DNA from: the human T2T-CHM13v2.0 reference genome, Homo sapiens
NCBI RefSeq assembly: GCF_009914755.1
Contig: NC_060929.1
DNA: 64,000 nt
Reading direction: 5' to 3' (one strand)
The position numbers were made by a program, and so were the translations under genes. The first letter of the stretch is position 1. Each line of letters begins with the position of its first letter. Shown here piece after piece: positions 61,222 to 64,000 of the stretch. The notes beneath the pieces are model-generated. The model worked only from the letters and a program-made list of their open reading frames with translations, did not search any database and was not told the DNA's origin.

Positions 61222-61932
61222 ATGAACAAGATTTTAATGAACAAAGAAGGTAGAAAGAACATACCAGCATGTAGACACAGCATAAACCAAGATGTGAAAA
61301 CTTGAAGAAACTATTCAGAGAACTATGACCAGACCACTGGAGCTCAAACACAGGAGACATGAAAATGCACCAGATCAGGCTGATACATGATTTACCTCAA
61401 GTGCTTTGATGAAGAGAAAGCATTTGAGACTTTATTGTAAAAGCAATGAAGTTTCTCATTAAAGATCGCCAAATGAGCACACACTTTATTTTCTCCTCCC
61501 TCCTAAGATCCTGTTAAAGAGTATAAAACAATTTTAAAGATAAACAAGAGACAGCTTATCACAAAGAGGGTCAACACATTTCTAGAAGGCTTCAAAGCAA
61601 GTAAAAAAGTATTTAATGTCGGAAGAGAAGAGAGAAATCTGCAGTCCAGAATAAACCTAAGCAGGTTTGTAGTGGAGGAGGTTGTGGACTTAGAGGCTGC
61701 ATGAATGGGGTATAGAAAGAGTGAGAGTAGTACTATTAACAAAAAACTTGAAGCTCTACATACTGAACAGTTAACATACTTTACCCTATTTTTTTTTTTG
61801 CACTCCTACCCACAAAATGGCTAGCAGCCAGGTTTTTAACTATCCAAAGAAATAATAATGATAACAATAAATATAAGAAACTAAAGCAATTACAATAAAT
61901 AGGTGATGATAAATAATAGATAATATAGATTA

Positions 61933-61955
61933 ATGATAGATAGATAGATAGATAG
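61933..61955 (+). repeat. (GATA)n microsatellite
   Basis: Seen directly. Confidence 0.85.
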
Positions 61956-62206
61956 AATCAAAGCAGTAAAAATTTAGGTTGGCCTCTAAGTAATTTGTAT
62001 GAGTTGTATTGGGAGGAGCAAGATATTAAGCATGGATATTTGTGCACATGTTTAGGCATGTGGAAGCCTTCAGTTCCCAAACCATTTTAGAGCAAAGCCT
62101 GTTGACAACCACAAGCCTTGCCCATTTATCCAGATGACCCAGACAGCCTCTAAACTCCCTCATTAATGGAACATCAGACATTTCAAGAAAGCCTGCAACA
62201 TTTAAA

Positions 62207-62237
<31 letters not shown>

Positions 62238-63424
62238 AATAAAACCAGTGTCAGAGAAAACATTCAGGCAAAATGAGAGAATTTATATATTTGGTGCATA
62301 AAACTGGAGTAAAATAAGATAAAAAGGGAATAATGAAAACATGATAATTCTTCTCAATTAGAAGTAATGATTTCCAAAATTTAAAAATTCAATAAAAACA
62401 AAGATTAAGTGGAAGATATTTCTCAGCATGTGAAGGAAACATTTAAAGAAACCAAAAATGTAGAGAAACATAGCATCATGAGAAACAGAGCATCACTATT
62501 CAACTGTTAGGAAATCGAAAGGCAAGAAGTAGAAAAATATAGGGGAGTAAATTATCAAACGATTAATATAAGAAAATATTTCAGAGTCACAATATTTACA
62601 TTGTAAGGGCCCATTAAGCAATGTCATCAATAAAGCAACCAGTATCCAATTAGCATCAGCACCCAAAATATACTAAGTACACAATCAATACCTATTAAGG
62701 AGACCAGCAAAAATTAATGCAAAAAAATAACGGAGTAAGATCTTCGGAACCTAAGACAAAATCTATAACTTGTATCCCGTCCAACTATCAATTAATTAAG
62801 CTTGACTGTTCAATAAGTTTGTTTTCAGAAATTCAAGTATTTAGAGATTTTGTTGTTCATGTATTTTTTATGAATAAAAACTTGAGGAATGTTTACTACC
62901 TGAAAATGAGAGAAAAAATGAAAATACGAAGTGAAATGGTGGCAATAGCCCAGAAGGCAAAAAAAGAGATGCTTTTTATATTTTGTTATAGATTCTTGAT
63001 TTTATAAACATCAAAATAATTCACTAACAACTTTCTGCAAGGATTATAATACTAACAGCACAAAGTATAAATTATTTAGAATACAAAAATAAAATAATTA
63101 ACCCATATTACATAGGGCATTGTAAAGAATGCTATGCTGCCTAGCTGGTCTAATGACAAATAGCTTCTCAGATGTTGTTATGATTGAAGAAAGGTCCATT
63201 ATCCATGGTAATTACAACATCCGATGGCAATCCTTGAATTAATGCATTTATATGTAGACTTATGTTACTAATTAATTTTACTACCCATTATAAATACTAT
63301 TAAAATACTTTCATTCTGATATACAAATGTTTTATTTTTTTAAAAAATGGGTGCTGCTGTACTGGTATGTACTAGTTAAATACCAGCCTTGAATGGGTTC
63401 AAATTTGAAGAGAAAGTGAAATTC

Positions 63425-63452
63425 ATATTATATATATATATACACATATATG

Positions 63453-63497
<45 letters not shown>

Positions 63498-63503
63498 ATA
63501 TAT
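63425..63503 (+). repeat. Compound (TA)n/(TG)n microsatellite
   Basis: Seen directly. Confidence 0.9.
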
Positions 63504-63600
63504 CTGCATGAAGAAGAATGAAATGGAATCAAATAGTTGGTAGCCCAAGAAGGAAGCTGGAAGACATTTGGGGAATAATAAACTTACTTCTCTCAATAAG

Positions 63601-64000
63601 AATTAAACTAAAGAGCTTCTGCTCAGCAAAAGAAACTGTTATCAGAGTGAACAGGCAACCTACATAGAATGGGAGAAAAATTTTGCAATCTATCCATCTA
63701 ACAAAGGGCTAATATCCAGAATCTACAAGGAACTTAAACAAATTTACAAGAAAAAAACAAACAACCACATCAAAAAGTGGGTGAAGGACATGAACAGACA
63801 CTTCTCAAAAGAAGATATTTATGCAGCCAACAAATATATGAAAAAAAGCTCATCATCACTGGTCATTAGAGAAATGCAAATCAAAACCACAATGAGGTAC
63901 CATCTCACACCAGTTAGAATGGCAATCATTAAAAAGTCAGGAAACAACAGATGCTGGAGAAGATGTGGAGAAATACGAACACCTTTACACTGTTGGTGGG
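63601..64000 (+). mobile_element. LINE-1 (L1PA7/8-like) ORF2 3' fragment running off the window
   Basis: aattaaactaaagagcttctgc...tgaacagacacttctcaaaagaaga. Confidence 0.93.

Noticed and set aside
61460-63100. Purine-rich stretch with 79-96 aa ORFs
   Set aside because: Probably a very decayed L1M 5'/ORF1 region; too diverged to bound or call confidently by eye.

Overview
Primate genomic DNA, most likely human or another hominoid: AT-rich, CpG-depleted and dominated by transposable elements, with no host protein-coding gene recognisable. The centrepiece is an old minus-strand L1MA-type element (~16.1-32.8 kb) into which several elements have inserted: a ~9.1 kb HERV9/LTR12 provirus (two LTRs, tRNA-Arg PBS, decayed gag/pro/pol/env, RT domain deleted, an AluS inside pol), a MER9 solo LTR, an L1PA3-like element and two Alus. 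Elsewhere there are many L1PA/L1MA/L1ME pieces (three with twin-priming inversions), L2/MIR relics, MLT2/MST/MER66-like LTRs, a partial MER4-group provirus, an isolated old env remnant and microsatellites. Most long ORFs in the track derive from L1 or HERV9. I found no support for a new multi-gene system. The notable signals are structural: the RT-less provirus, a TSD-supported micro-inversion across an LTR end, an Alu-L1 fusion, an unexplained ~160 bp direct repeat pair flanking ~700 bp, and an AT-rich foldback. Subfamily names come from recalled diagnostic motifs and need RepeatMasker/Dfam confirmation.
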